From Rotaria socialis (Eukaryota), in assembly GCA_905331295.1 (NCBI GenBank), contig CAJNYD010000132.1, positions 198,863 through 262,862 on the forward strand: 64,000 nt of DNA. The letters are read 5' to 3'. This document shows, piece by piece, positions 19,090 through 32,500 of this stretch. Position 1 is the stretch's first letter. Every line of letters starts with the position of its first letter. A program made the position numbers and the translations under genes. The notes under the pieces are model-generated. The model saw only the letters and a program-made list of their open reading frames with translations, searched no databases and had not been told where the DNA came from.

Positions 19090-22000
19090 ATGATTTTTAA
19101 ACATTTTCGGATCTATAAAAATATTTGCTTCTGTCGCCATTCATCATCACTATCAACAATATTTGCTTTAGCAACTGGTCCTCAACTACGCAGTGGTGTA
19201 GCTATTATTCGCGTATCCGGTTCGTTGGCAACACAATCATTGTTAAAATTAACAAGAGAAACTAAGCTAGAAAAGTTTAAACCCAAACAATTATATGTAG
19301 AAAAGATTTATCATCATAAAACAAATGATTTAATCGATCAATGTATGACTGTATGGTTTAAAGGTAAAACTTATTGTTTATTCACAAACAAAATTATATA
19401 TATAGAAATTCATTGATTTTCTTAGGGCCAAAAAGTTTTACAGGCGAAGATGTTGTCGAATTGTAAATATGAAAATAGAGTGAAAATTTCAATTAGAATT
19501 TTGGTTACATTTTAGTCATATTCATGGATCAAAAGCTGTTGTAGGTGCAATATTTTCAGCGCTTAGTTCATTTCCAAATTATCGTCTAGCCGAACCTGGT
19601 GAATTTAGTAAACGGTAATAAATCTGTTTTTCTTATATATATAGTACTATGAAAATAAATTAGTTAATTTAAGATATATTTAGAGCTTATTTAAACGGTC
19701 GTTTGGATCTAACTGAAGCAGAAGGTTTAATTGATTTAATTAATGCTCAAACTGAACAACAACGTAAACAATCATTATATCAAATGCAAGGTTCATTAAA
19801 AGAACTATATGAACGTTGGCGATTAGATTTAGTCAAGTCTTTAGCACATGCTGAAGCTTATATTGATTTTCATGAAGATCAACATATTGAAAATGATATT
19901 TTGTCAGATGGTAAATTCGAATTGAATTCAATTTATTCAACAACTTGATTTTGTGTTGTTGTAGTTATTAATACAGTTAAAACAGCTTATAATGCCATGT
20001 CAATACATTTACAAGATCAGCGTCGTGGAGAAATTTTACGTGATGGTTGTCGAATTGCTATTCTAGGTGCACCTAATGCTGGAAAAGTAGGAAAATAATC
20101 AATTGAAAATGTGTCTAACTGAAAAGATTTTCTTTTTAGAGTTCACTACTGAATATTTTGAGTAAGTACTGTCGATATTATTTCTTAATCTGATGAGTAG
20201 AACCGAATCGATGTAAAATTGCAATACAGTGCTGTGAAGACTTGATACCATTCTTGTGAATTTCATGTCTTGAGTGAAGAACGATTTCCTAGTTATTAAT
20301 AAAATTTTAGAAATTAAAAATTTGCAGGATACACTAGAGTCCTGCGGGAAAAACTTTTATTGTTCCCGTTCCGGCGTTCACGTTCCCGTAATGCATTTAC
20401 AACTTATATGGCCATTTCATTGTGTTTGATTAAAAGGCCTGTTTTTGTACCCCATACTGGGTAACCGCGATATCAGGTGTTTCACAATGTGTCATGGGAT
20501 AAATTTAGAATAAATTTACGATTGGATATTCGTCTGATGAATCATATAGCTAGATTCCCCATTTCCAATCAATTTACTTTCTTTCGTTGAGCTTTATATG
20601 CACCAAATTTTATACATGTCGACAGCACAACCGCCTAAATCAACGTTATTTAAAGTTGAAATTCAAATATTAGTAACATCAAATGATCCATCAATTTCGT
20701 TTGCAAAACCAGCAAATGCTAAAAGTGAAGTTTGGACAGACTCTTCAAAAGTTCATTATAAAAATGAACGTCTTGATTATATAATATGTCCACCATGTAG
20801 ATATGTATGTATTTCAATTCATATAGATCTGATAGAAAAACTTTCGGGAATAACAATTTATAATGCTGTTCCCGGTTCCTGCGGGAAACGGGACGGGAAA
20901 AAATCGTTCCCGCAAGATTCTAGGATACGCTCACAACTTTTGTAGAAGTTTAATTATTCAAAATTGTTTTTTTTTGACGTATTTCACTATCAACTTGCAA
21001 TGTTTTTCAGTAATGTATAGTTAAAATAGATTGAATAAAACATAATTTAATTAAAAAATTATAAATAAAATTTTACTTTACAAAAGTAAAGTTTTGTCTG
21101 AATAGCATATCGATGATAAATTTTAATAGAAATATAAGCTTTTTTTTATCATTTTCTTGTGGAATCCATTGTTAGCTCTCATATTTCAACTATATATAGT
21201 AGATTTTCGTTATTATAAATAAGTTTCGCTACTAGCAACTTCTTTTTTTGAAATAGAATTTAGTTTGTTTAATTGTCATGAATAATTATCAAAAATTTAA
21301 TGACAGGATAAAGTGTTCTCGTCGCATTTTTATCAATGATTTTAAAACACAAGGAATCCTTTTTTCATTCATTCTACAGTTATCTATTTTTGGATTTCAA
21401 GGCTTAACTGTTTTCCTCATTGAACATTTGATCGTTATATTTTTAGCACAAAAACCAACAGCGATTGTTTCACCTATTGCTGGCACAACACGAGATGTTA
21501 TCGAGTCAACAATCGATTTAGGTGGATATCCAATAGTGATTTGTGATACAGCAGGTTTAAGAATAACAGATGATCCCATTGAAAATGAAGGAGTTTTAAG
21601 AGCTGTTGATCGGTTAGTTGACTCAGAACAAAGACGTATTTTTAATGAAGCATAATCTTCGTTGTTATCTTTTCTATAGAGCAAATACCTGTGATCTTTT
21701 GATTATTGTTGTTGATATTAATATGTTATCTCTTCATGATAATCTAAATGAACAGATCGATAAACATTTATCTGATTTATTTACAATAAAATCATCTTCA
21801 TTTAATTCTCTAACAAAATTAATTCTATTGAATAAAATTGATTTAACCAATGAAAATATTCGACTGAAATTTCAACAATTAAATGATAATATTATACCTA
21901 TATCATGTACTTCAGGTGTTAATATAGAAGAATTTCTTTCGAAATTAACTAAATCAATTGCCGAAAAGTAAAGTCTTATTATCACTAGTTTTCGCTAGAT

Positions 22001-22255
22001 GATTTTGTATCGTTTAGATGTACTGAACCATCATTTACAACACCTTATTTAACGAATGAACGTCATCGAATGTATTTAGCACGCACAGTTGATGACCTGT
22101 CAATGTTTCTAACATTTATTAACAATAATCAAGATCTCGTTCTAGCTGTTGAATATCTTCGTCTTGCTATTCGATCACTTGGCACAGTGACTGGTGTTGT
22201 TTATACAGAAGAATTACTTGATGTTATTTTTCGTGATTTTTGTATTGGAAAATAA
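19090..22255 (+). CDS. GTPBP3: Mitochondrial tRNA-modification GTPase (MnmE/TrmE family)
   Basis: [56 protein letters not shown] (22-nt microexon ~20140-20161), [18 protein letters not shown], and C-terminal FRDFCIGK*. Confidence 0.97.
20335..20922 (+). mobile_element. Internally deleted non-autonomous hAT transposon in a GTPBP3 intron
   Basis: TIRs TAGAGTCCTGCGGGAA / TTCCCGCAAGATTCTA (14 of 16 match). 8-bp target duplication GGATACAC (20327-20334) vs GGATACGC (20923-20930). TTCCCG/CGGGAA subterminal repeats. Internal frame AKSEVW...YIICPPC resembles the start of a BED finger. Confidence 0.85.
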
Positions 22256-22341
22256 AAAGAAAATAACATTGTTTTAGAATAAATAACTATTTGTTGACTT
22301 TGTTATTATTTCGTTTTAGTTAATAGGAAATATTAATAATC

Positions 22342-23553
22342 ATGTCGATGATTACCAATTTATTATCATTCAGATCATCGACTTATTTAGCAAGAAATAT
22401 TATTCGATCAACTAGTTTGTTAACACAAAATCGTTTTTTATCATCGACATTACCGCCATCAAATAAAGCCGACAACAAAAATAGTACTCTACCGAATGAA
22501 TTACCATCATCGGAAAAGAGAAAAGCTAAATTTAATATTTCATGGAAAAGTAAGTCAAGTTTATAGATAATATTATAAATTATTTTAACGTCTATACTAT
22601 TGATCTAATGTATAATTCGAAATTCTATTTTCATTTTTTCTGATTGAAAAGGAGAAGTAGATAAAAATTAATGGATTCCATAATGTAGATTGGATTACGA
22701 TTCATTTTTTAGCTATTTCAAACTATGCGGAAACGATTCATATCATTTTCGAGTCATTTCTCATGCAAAATGTTCTCTGAAACTGACCCTTGATATATTT
22801 ATCTTTTAGTATACCTTCGTTTTAATTCATCTATTTTAAAATTTCAATACATACTGTTGTTTCTCGTCATTGTTCTCATATGTAACAGATTGGAAAGATG
22901 ATGGTTAATATTATTCGTTTATGTTTTTAGCTGTATCTGTAACTTTGCTTGGCGCTGCTTCATTGATGGGTTTCATTTATTATCTTGATCAACGTAAAGT
23001 AAAAAATCGTAAAAAACTTCAACGTGCCGCAGTTGGTAAAATGGCTATTGGTGGTCCATTTTCATTGATAACACACGAAAAAAAGCCTATCACAGATAAA
23101 GATTTTCGTGGCCAATGGTTATTGATTTATTTTGGATTTACTCATTGTCCAGATATATGTCCTGAAGAGTTAGAAAAATTAGCTGAAATAACAGAAATTC
23201 TTCGTAAACAAAAAAGTAAACATAAACATTCATTTCAACCGATATTTGTTTCTGTTGACCCTGAACGTGATACACCTGAATTAGTTTCACAGTATATCAA
23301 AGATTATTCTCCACATTTTATTGGTTTAACAGGAACACGTGATCAAGTTGCCGAGATGTGTAAACATTACCGCGTTTACTTTAGTCAAGGACCTAAAATT
23401 GGCGATGATTATATTGTTGATCACGCAATTATTATGTATCTAATCAATCCAAATGGTGATTTCGTTGATTACTACGGTAGAAATAAGAATGCAAAAGAAG
23501 TATCTAGTGCTATTGAGCAACATATGCACGCTTTTAAAGAGACGAATAAATAA
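22342..23553 (+). CDS. SCO1: SCO1/SCO2 cytochrome c oxidase copper chaperone (2 exons, intron ~22550-22930)
   Basis: Arg/Ser-rich transit-peptide-like exon 1, TM helix, GGPFSL, YFGFTHCPDICPEELEK (CxxxC), VSVDPERD, DYIVDH. Confidence 0.96.
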
Positions 23554-23618
23554 ATCGAGAATATGTTGATTTTCGCTTTTCATGTCATTAGGATGTCTTT
23601 TTTTTAGATAATTAATAA

Positions 23619-26148
23619 ATGTCCTCAATGCGAGGTAAATCACGAGTTAGTTTTGGATATAAACAAGTCAATCGTCGAGGAAATAGTTTAAAATCAACAC
23701 CAAAAGAATTTCTTAATTATCCCGATGAACAGTATATTGATTTTAGTCAACAAATAAATAAGAAGCGCTTGCGAGAGTAACTTAGTATATATTGAATTTA
23801 AAATATTGGCTTACATTTATTTTCAGCAGATCATATAGTCCGAAACCAAATAAACAAAAAAAATTCAAACAAGATAATAACTATAATAATAATCATAATA
23901 GTTGTTCGTCTTCAAATGATTTTCAAAAGGTAAATTAAGAATAAAAAAAGACTGATTCTTGCAATTGGTATCTGTTTTTATTTTGTCAGTTAAACAATGA
24001 ACTTTTAAATCATTATGCAACAGCAAAACAACTCGAATCTACATTTACTATGAAATGGAAACTTTGCGAAGATATTTTTTCAATGTTCGTTGGAATTGTT
24101 CCACGTAAAATTAAAAATCGGATGTTTTCGATAGCTTCATATTCTTTCGAATTATTTAGATTTGGGAGTTTACTTAGTTGGATCAAGTGCAAATGGATTT
24201 GCTACGGAAGATACCGATGCCGATATATGTATTGTGATTTCTTCGTATCCTGTAAATATTTTGAAACTAAAATTAAATAGATTTTTGGAAAACAACAAAA
24301 ACTACTTTCTTCTTCTTCAGATTGATCAAAAACGTGAAGCAGTCAAATTTCTTGAAATGGTACGACGAGCTTTACGAAAAAAAATTTGTTCGTATTTGTT
24401 TTGTTTTCTGTGTAATTTCTTATCAAGTTTTGTTATTATTTAGTTGCTGGTGGTTGTGATTTGATACGCGCTCGTGTACCTATTCTTCGATTTACTGATT
24501 ATGCAACGTAGGATATTTTCTCATGTGAATTATTACAGAAATTTGTATTCATGTTATGTTTTAGCCGATTAAAATGTGATGTTAACATTAATAATGTCAC
24601 CGGCATTCGAAATACAGATTTATTACGGTTTTACTCTGAAACAGATTCAAGAGTGGCACCACTCGGTTAGTTCCAAGGATTTGATTTTTTTTTATTCTTA
24701 TTGATGATGTTATAGAATTGATACGCAATTGAAATCATTATATCATTTGAAAATAGAACATTCCGTATTATCGAATGAGAAAATATCTAGATTTTTCATT
24801 TTTAGTTTCAATTCTTGATATTGTTTGTTCATTTTGACAGACAATGAATTGAGAATCGATTCAGATTTCTAATCACAATATATTTTATTCAATTAGAACG
24901 TTTTTTTAAAGAAACGATTTAAAACGCACTTTTGTCAGCTTTAACAAAACAAAAAGATCTTATCTTTTTAAAAGTACTCTTCATTTATTCATGTTTTTAT
25001 TTGAATACAAGAATATTAAAACAAGTAGATAATTTAAATTTTACTTGTTAATATGCATATTGATAAAATATTCTTAGTCATTGTGATTAAGTTATTTTAT
25101 AGCCAAAATCACTCAGGCATGCTGACTCTATGATAACGGCTGTTCTATTTCTCGAAGTTGATCTAACTCGAAAATAGTCTGATGAGCTGTTCTACAACTA
25201 TGCTATAACGGAAGGAAGTTTCAGTCATTTATGTTAATTACATGGTGCTATGAAAAAGTTTTTATTCTTAGATTTAGAACCAAAAATAGTACTATTTTCT
25301 TTTTTCTTTCTAGTCTTAACACTCAAAAGTTGGGCAAAATTCCACAACGTATGCCAAGAGAAACGATTAACATTCTGTTTTTAGAAAAATCTGTTGCTGC
25401 TTTGTTTTACGTTTAGATTAATGATGCCAGCCAGAAAACATTATCAAGTTATTCGATTACATTAATGTGCCTTTTTTATTTACAAGGTAGTTTATTATGG
25501 ACTTCCATTTTTTAGTAAATTTTTATTATTTCAGCTATTGCACAACCGCCAGTTGTACCAGTTTGGCAAGCACTCTTACCGGTATACCGAATTGATAGAA
25601 AAATCATCTTTTTGTTTTTCGAAAATAATGTAGCTTTTCTTCTGTTTCAGGATCGTTTTGATGTGAATATTCCTGTGTCACAATTGAAACGGAACGATGA
25701 ACCAAACTTAATATGGAGATCAGAAAACCAACAAACAGTTGCCGAACTATTTATAGGTTTTTTGAGATACTATGCGAAAAATTTCCGGTAAATGCACTTC
25801 TTTAAATGTTTCCTTTTTTGTTTAAAATCATGTTATTTAGATTTGAAAAACATGCAATTAGTATTCGAACTGGTCGTTTAATAGATAAAAGTGACTTCTT
25901 AGATCACGATGTAACAAATTATGGAGATGCTCTATTAGCTATTGAAGGTAAAAAAGAAAGGATTAGAAAAAGAAAAACCATAGTTTATTATTTTATTTCT
26001 TTTAGAACCATTTGATTTATCTAATACAGCTCGGTCTGTTTATGATGACGATGAATTTGAACGTATAGTTCGTGTATTTCGTCGAAGCTATTATACTATT
26101 GATAAAACGAATTCATTTTCTTCAATCCTAATGGAACAATTTGAATAA
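23619..26148 (+). CDS. TENT2: Cytoplasmic non-canonical poly(A) polymerase, GLD-2/TENT2-like, multi-exon
   Basis: ATG 23619 (MSSMRGKSRV..). Motifs VYLVGSSANGFATEDTDADIC (GS + DxD), LIRARVPILRF, CDVNINNVTGIRNT, INDASQKTLSSYS and PAP-associated AIEEPFDLSNTARSV; stop at 26148. Confidence 0.88.
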
Positions 26149-26523
26149 TATATGCTTTTTTTGTTACATTCTTTTGCTCACGTGTTTTTTTTTCTCAATA
26201 AACGAAGTCCAAACGAAATTGAAGGATTTTCACTGTTTTTCCATCATATTTATTGAGCTATAGCGAGAAGAGAGAGAGAGAGACAGAGCGAAATCAAGCA
26301 AAAAAAGAAAAAAAGAAAAAGTTTTGTTCCATAAAACATTGAAAAGAAAAGAAGTATTTAAACTATGTATGACATCACAGAACAACACTGTTAGCTTAAT
26401 ATAAAATGAACAGACCCCTTTCAAATAGAAATAATCGTAATAAAAAAGTCATACAAATAAAAAATGTGTATAGTACAAAACGAGAACAATGCACATCTAC
26501 TACAAGTTAATTTCTTTAAATAT

Positions 26524-29500
26524 TTACACATAACTATCAGGTCCTTCGTTATCGTTTGGCGGCGGTGGTGGTGGTGGATGTACTGAAGTTGGTCTCAATG
26601 GTGCACGACCTCGTGGAATAACTCGAGGAACACTTGAGTCAGTCGTGTGTTGTATCGGAATGTTATTAAATTTATTAATTAATGGCAATAGTTTATCAGA
26701 AACATTACCAGCTATTGTTCGCTGTTGATTGTTATCATTTGTTCTCGTTGTTGTTGTTGGTGTTGGTGTTAAATATGAATCGTTTTCTTGTTGAGGATAA
26801 TCTCTGTCTGATTGCGATAAATATGTATTAGATGTTTTATCACTTGCTGTCGGATAATAATCACTTGGTGATGTTGGACGATATGTAACATCATTATTAT
26901 GAATAGAATGGGGTGACGGATTACTATTATCATCATAGGATGGTAATTCACTAAAACCTTGTTCGTCACCAAACCGCAAAATATCTTCATCTGTTGCATT
27001 TTCTTCTTGATAACGATTATATTCGGTTCGATAATACTATTTAAAGAGAGAGAGAGCTATAAAACATAAAATAGAAGTATATTTGATAAATTTACTCCAA
27101 ACGCTTGTTTTGATAACATTTTTGAATGACATAAGAGAGCACGAATTCGTGTCATTTCTGGTCGATGATTCTCGTCCACAAGACATTCACGAATAATAGC
27201 ATAACTAAATGATGCAACAATAAATAATAAACGAGTTCAATCGTTTGGAAACATAGAATTATATTCTACAATAATCATTCAAAGAATGAATGAAATGGCA
27301 AGAAAAGAAATTGATGTGTCGATTCCAAGTATAACAAAAAAGAGTACACTTCATTCAAACAAGTTATCATTTTTATGTATCTAAAAGTTATTATTAGTAG
27401 AAATGTGTGGCGTAAGGTATTATCTTACCAAATATCCTTCTTTCGTGTACAAGGTAGAGCCATGTAGGATAAACCGACACATCTCTAGTTGTTAGCGCCT
27501 ATGGATCCTTATAGTTTTACCTGCTACATCGAAGTACAAATGATTGTTAGATAGCCCACGAAAAATTTGAATAAATCAATATTCATAGGTGCTTATTTCT
27601 TTTTTTTGTATCGTCTCCATCGAAAAAGAATCAATATATGTTCAATCACTCGTTTGTATAGAATTCAAATTTTAAAACATCAATACTATTGCATATTTTT
27701 CTTATTTCGGACTAGGTAAATATAAATCACTTGATAAGACTTTAGATTTTTCAGGTGTTACTCATTTTAGTATTAAATTTTCGAAATATTCTTATTGTTC
27801 TTTAGATTTCTGTTTTTCTTTATGATTTTAAACGAATTTTTTTTTCTACAAATGATATTATATCTGACAAACGAAAAAGTGTTTCGTTTAAAATTAAATA
27901 TTAATCTGTATTATGAATATTATCTTACATTTGACCTGGAATTTCTTGTTGATGTCTAAGATATTTCAGAACACGACCGTCACTAACAACACGAGCAAGT
28001 CGATGAAAAAAATTTTCTCCACCAGGTTGATTTTCTATTTCTGCCAAAAGTTGATGAAATGGTCGAACTCGACCTGAAAAAATGAATATAACACAAAAAC
28101 AAAGACAATACAAAATGAACACTTACATTTAAGAAATAAAGTCCAAAGAAATATTCCAAATGACCAGCTATTTATTGAATGGATACATTTAAAAACAAGA
28201 ATAAAATTTAAAATCATAAAAATAAATCACTTACACATCGGATTTGATCGATGATTTATTAAGTAAAATACGTTCATCAGGATTTGATGCACGTAAAATA
28301 GCTCGAGCTAGTTCTGGTGTTAAATTATGTGTTGCTATTTCATTCTATAATAAGAAAGTCTTAATTCTATTCAGCATGTTTCTTTTTCTATTGAAACTTA
28401 CATGTTTCTTTTGAATTTGAACACTATCATTTTGTGCGAGTTGCTCACGATAATTTTTATATGTTGTCCATGTTGCCAAACTACATAAAGCATAGTATTA
28501 AAATTAAAAAAAGAAGAAAAATACCCAATGAATATACTTACCCAAAATCACATATTTTCATAGTAAATCTCGAACTAACTAAAACATTTCTTGCAGCAAT
28601 GTCACAGTGAGCTATTTGTCGTCGATTTAAATAATCAACACCACAAGCAACTTGATAACCAATTAATGTTAAATCATCTTCTGTTAATATACATGAATCA
28701 TTTGCTTCTGCAACTGTCATTCCTTGTTGTTTTTGTTTAGCAAGTGTTTCATACAATGATAGTTTTGTTTCTGATGTATTTGTTGATGGTTGAAGAAAAC
28801 GTTTAAGCATTGATTCAAGTGAACCATTTGAACATAATTCCATTAAATAGAATGAATCTTCATCACGTATAAGGCCACCTGTTATTACGTATTTTATTTT
28901 TGTTTCCGGATATGCAACTTTAAGTAATGAAACAATATTAACATGTTTACCAGCTTTATGCATAACTTTAATTTCATCAATTAACATTTCAGCGGCTTTT
29001 TTCTTTTGAGCCTCATGTTTTTTTTCAATCATCTCTTGACTCTCTTCAAGTTCTTCACCTTTTTTACGTTTATCACGACGACGCTCAATATTACGTATCG
29101 ATTCTGGTAATAGTTTTGCAGCAACAAGACCAACCTCTGGTAGACGTATTTGATAAACAATACCATATTGACCGTGGCCAAGTTCTTTAAAATCTTCTTT
29201 TGCTTCTGGTAGTGTATCACCATTAACATAACTAAGTAATGTACGAACTTGTTGTCTTGATGCAAAATTATCTGGTAATCGTATACGCGTTAATTGTGAC
29301 ATCGGCGGCTTAGATTTATCCTCGGGTTCATCCGGTTGTTGAATATGAAAAATACTTGTGTCAACAATTTTTTTCATTTTATAATATTTGACAAGCAAAA
29401 CAATAAGTAGAATAAGTAGAATAAGTATTACACATGCAGATAATATTACAAATACAGCTATTAATCGACGATATTTTGAATAAATATATGAAGCTAAATG

Positions 29501-32500
29501 AACGAATACATATATATGTACATGTATAAACGAGAGAAAAAACAGTTCGTTCTTTTTTTACTTTTAACACGTAAATCAAAACTTCGACGTAAAACCGAAT
29601 CACGACCATTTATTAATTCACATGTGTAAAAACCAGTATCAGATGTTTGAACACGAGTGATATGAATACTAAATAAAAATAAAAAATTGAATACTTTATT
29701 TTTTTTACCATAAAAATATTGGCGTATTCCCATTAGATGTCAGATTATGAAATTACAAAATTTCGATACATCTAAGCATACATAAAAACCCAATTGCAAA
29801 TATTGAAGTTGACTTCATCGTACTATATGATCTACATGAATATTTTTCTGAATGAACCATTACAATAAGCATGAATTATAACGCCTGTTGGCATTGGTGA
29901 GCAATAATACTTCTGCGAAAAATTCTTAGCTAATTTATATTAAGATTTCATATGAAAATTAGTAATTATCGTCAAATATGATAGTATATTTCGTATGGTA
30001 GAATGCTTAATTAATATTGGTTACTGACTTCAAGTCATTTTTACCTTCCATTAGTATCACGAAGTTGTAATGTTGAATCATCACTTGTCAATGGTACTTT
30101 ATCTTTTAGCCATGTAACTTTTGGTTTGGGTTGTCCATCGTATGAACAATCAAATTCAACATTTGTACCCTCTTTTCGTTCTAATTTAAGCGATGTTGGC
30201 GCATTCGTTTTAAATCTTAATGGTACAGGATCTAAAAAGTCATAAAATTTCCGTAAAACAAAATCTATGCATATCATACAAAATATCATTTAACGTTACC
30301 ATCTACTTGAATTATGTATGTATCATTCATATTTCCAATCACATCCAATCGTTTAGATAAAGCTATACATTGAATAAAGCCATTCTTGCCAATTTTTCTC
30401 AATGGTAGTGTTTTTACTTCAATAACTGTATCTCGAATAGTATCACTGATATGTGAAAATAAATTGCATAAAATAATATAAGATAGACGAAAAAAAAAGA
30501 AAAAAACCTTGTAGGGGTTAACCATTCGAGATCAGTTTGTTTCGGCTGTTTACTTTGAATTAGAATCCATTCGGCATCAAAACGATGTCTTTCATATGTA
30601 AATAAACCATCGTCATAAACCATTTTAAGATCATCATAAATTAATTCATGGCCTTCACATCTATATTTTAAAATATCTCCAGTAACTAAACTAAATTCTG
30701 GTTTATGTACAGTAAACATATCACGACTACCTACAATATAAAAGAAAGAAAGAATAATTTAGCTGTTTTTTGTTTGTTTTAATTTTTCTTTCTTACGTGC
30801 TAATGCTGTTAATGATTTCGCAATTAGAACTAATCCATTTTGTTCATAACAACAAATATATTGATGACCTATTGATGGGTCATCAATTATTTGTGCATCA
30901 GTACTGACAAATTGTGTTTGAAAACTAGTTATACGATTTGATCCTGTTGATAATACGCGTAAATTAGGTGACACTTGACATGTTTTATCAATAATATCCG
31001 ATAGACAATGATCAACTGCACATTGGACATCATGAATAAATACTTTCAATGGTTGCTGTATATCAGCACGATGACGAACCGTACAAACGACACGATATAA
31101 TTCACTTTCATAAATACCATAGGTATGAATGTTTATTTTATCTTTGTCATATTCATCACGCCATGGCATTGTACGTTGAATATCATTTGACATAAAAGAA
31201 AATTGGCCAACCGGATTACCAGTAACAGTTGGTTTAATGATTTTAGTGTTTTCTGATGCAGATGATTTGGCTGTAATCATTATATTTGATTCATCTTCAA
31301 ATGTAATATTATGTATAGTTAATTCATATTCATAAAATTGATTATCACGATCCGATCTAAATATAGAGAACAAACGATCATGAAAGAAATTGTATATGAA
31401 TAAAGTGTTTCTTCATTTTTTTTTCATCACACGATTCATGCAATTAACATTACACAAAAAAAAGACATGCAAATACCTTTCATCTATCTGTGAATAATAT
31501 AAGAAGAAGTATATGTAAGCGTTGAGCTACTTTTTATTTCGTCTGTGCATATGATTTCCTATACTTACATAGAATTGAGTACAAAACGTTTATCATTTCC
31601 CAATGAAATTCCATTACGTGTTATTTCAATACGAATTTTCGAGCGTGGAATAGTAAAAATAGTTATATCATATTTGCTATCTGATCCATAAGACACTGGC
31701 TGAGCAGTATCTGATTCACCTGAAGATACTTCAAGATCAAGTGATGGCTCTAAAAAAAAGAGATTTTTTTTCGTTTTCGTTTTCATTTTTATACGCTTAT
31801 GTAATAACATACTATCAACACATATAATATCAACAGAACGCGAATAAATTCCTTGCTCAGATACACGTACACAATAAAAACGATAAGATTTATCTGGCTT
31901 GAAACCACGAAGAGTTATTGAGCTATTTCGATTGTAGACTTGTGTAAATGGATTAAATGAAGCTTTTTCAGTTTCATTTGCTATAAGATTAAGCTAGAAA
32001 ATAAAGGCGAATGATTTTAATCTTATCAAGATTATAGGAAAACAACAGTTTACATTATAAATATCTTCAAACCAAAAAATGCTTGGTATTTTTCGGCCAA
32101 CTTTTGTTCCATATTGAATTTCACAACTCAATCGGAGAGTTTCATCAGACATGATAGTTAAACTTGATTGATGAATTGCAATATAATCAGCTAAATAGTG
32201 TTAGAAATAAATATATTTTTGTTATATCATGAATATGGCTAATCCTACGATCGAATGAATCATATGGAACTTTTGATATTTGACTCGGCGTATAATTACT
32301 CATACACGAGAATTCAGATAGTGTTTTTGGAATGTTTGGATGTTCTAATGCAAAACCAATTTGAGGATCGAAAAATACTTTCTAGAGAAAAAAGAAAGAA
32401 AGAAAGATCAATGAAACAAAACTGTTTATTTGAACTAACTGCAGGTTGCAAATCCAATGGTGTATAGTAAACTGGAATACATACATCTACTCCATCACAC

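Noticed and set aside
20185..20235. CTGATGAG..CGAAT resembling a hammerhead ribozyme core
   Set aside because: GAAA is replaced by GAAT, and no convincing helix III, cleavage triplet or stem I could be built.
23619..26148. Third cluster gene as mitochondrial poly(A) polymerase MTPAP, which would make an all-mitochondrial operon
   Set aside because: The motifs LVGSS.NGF, NN..GIRNT and INDAS..TLSSYS fit GLD-2/TENT2 better.
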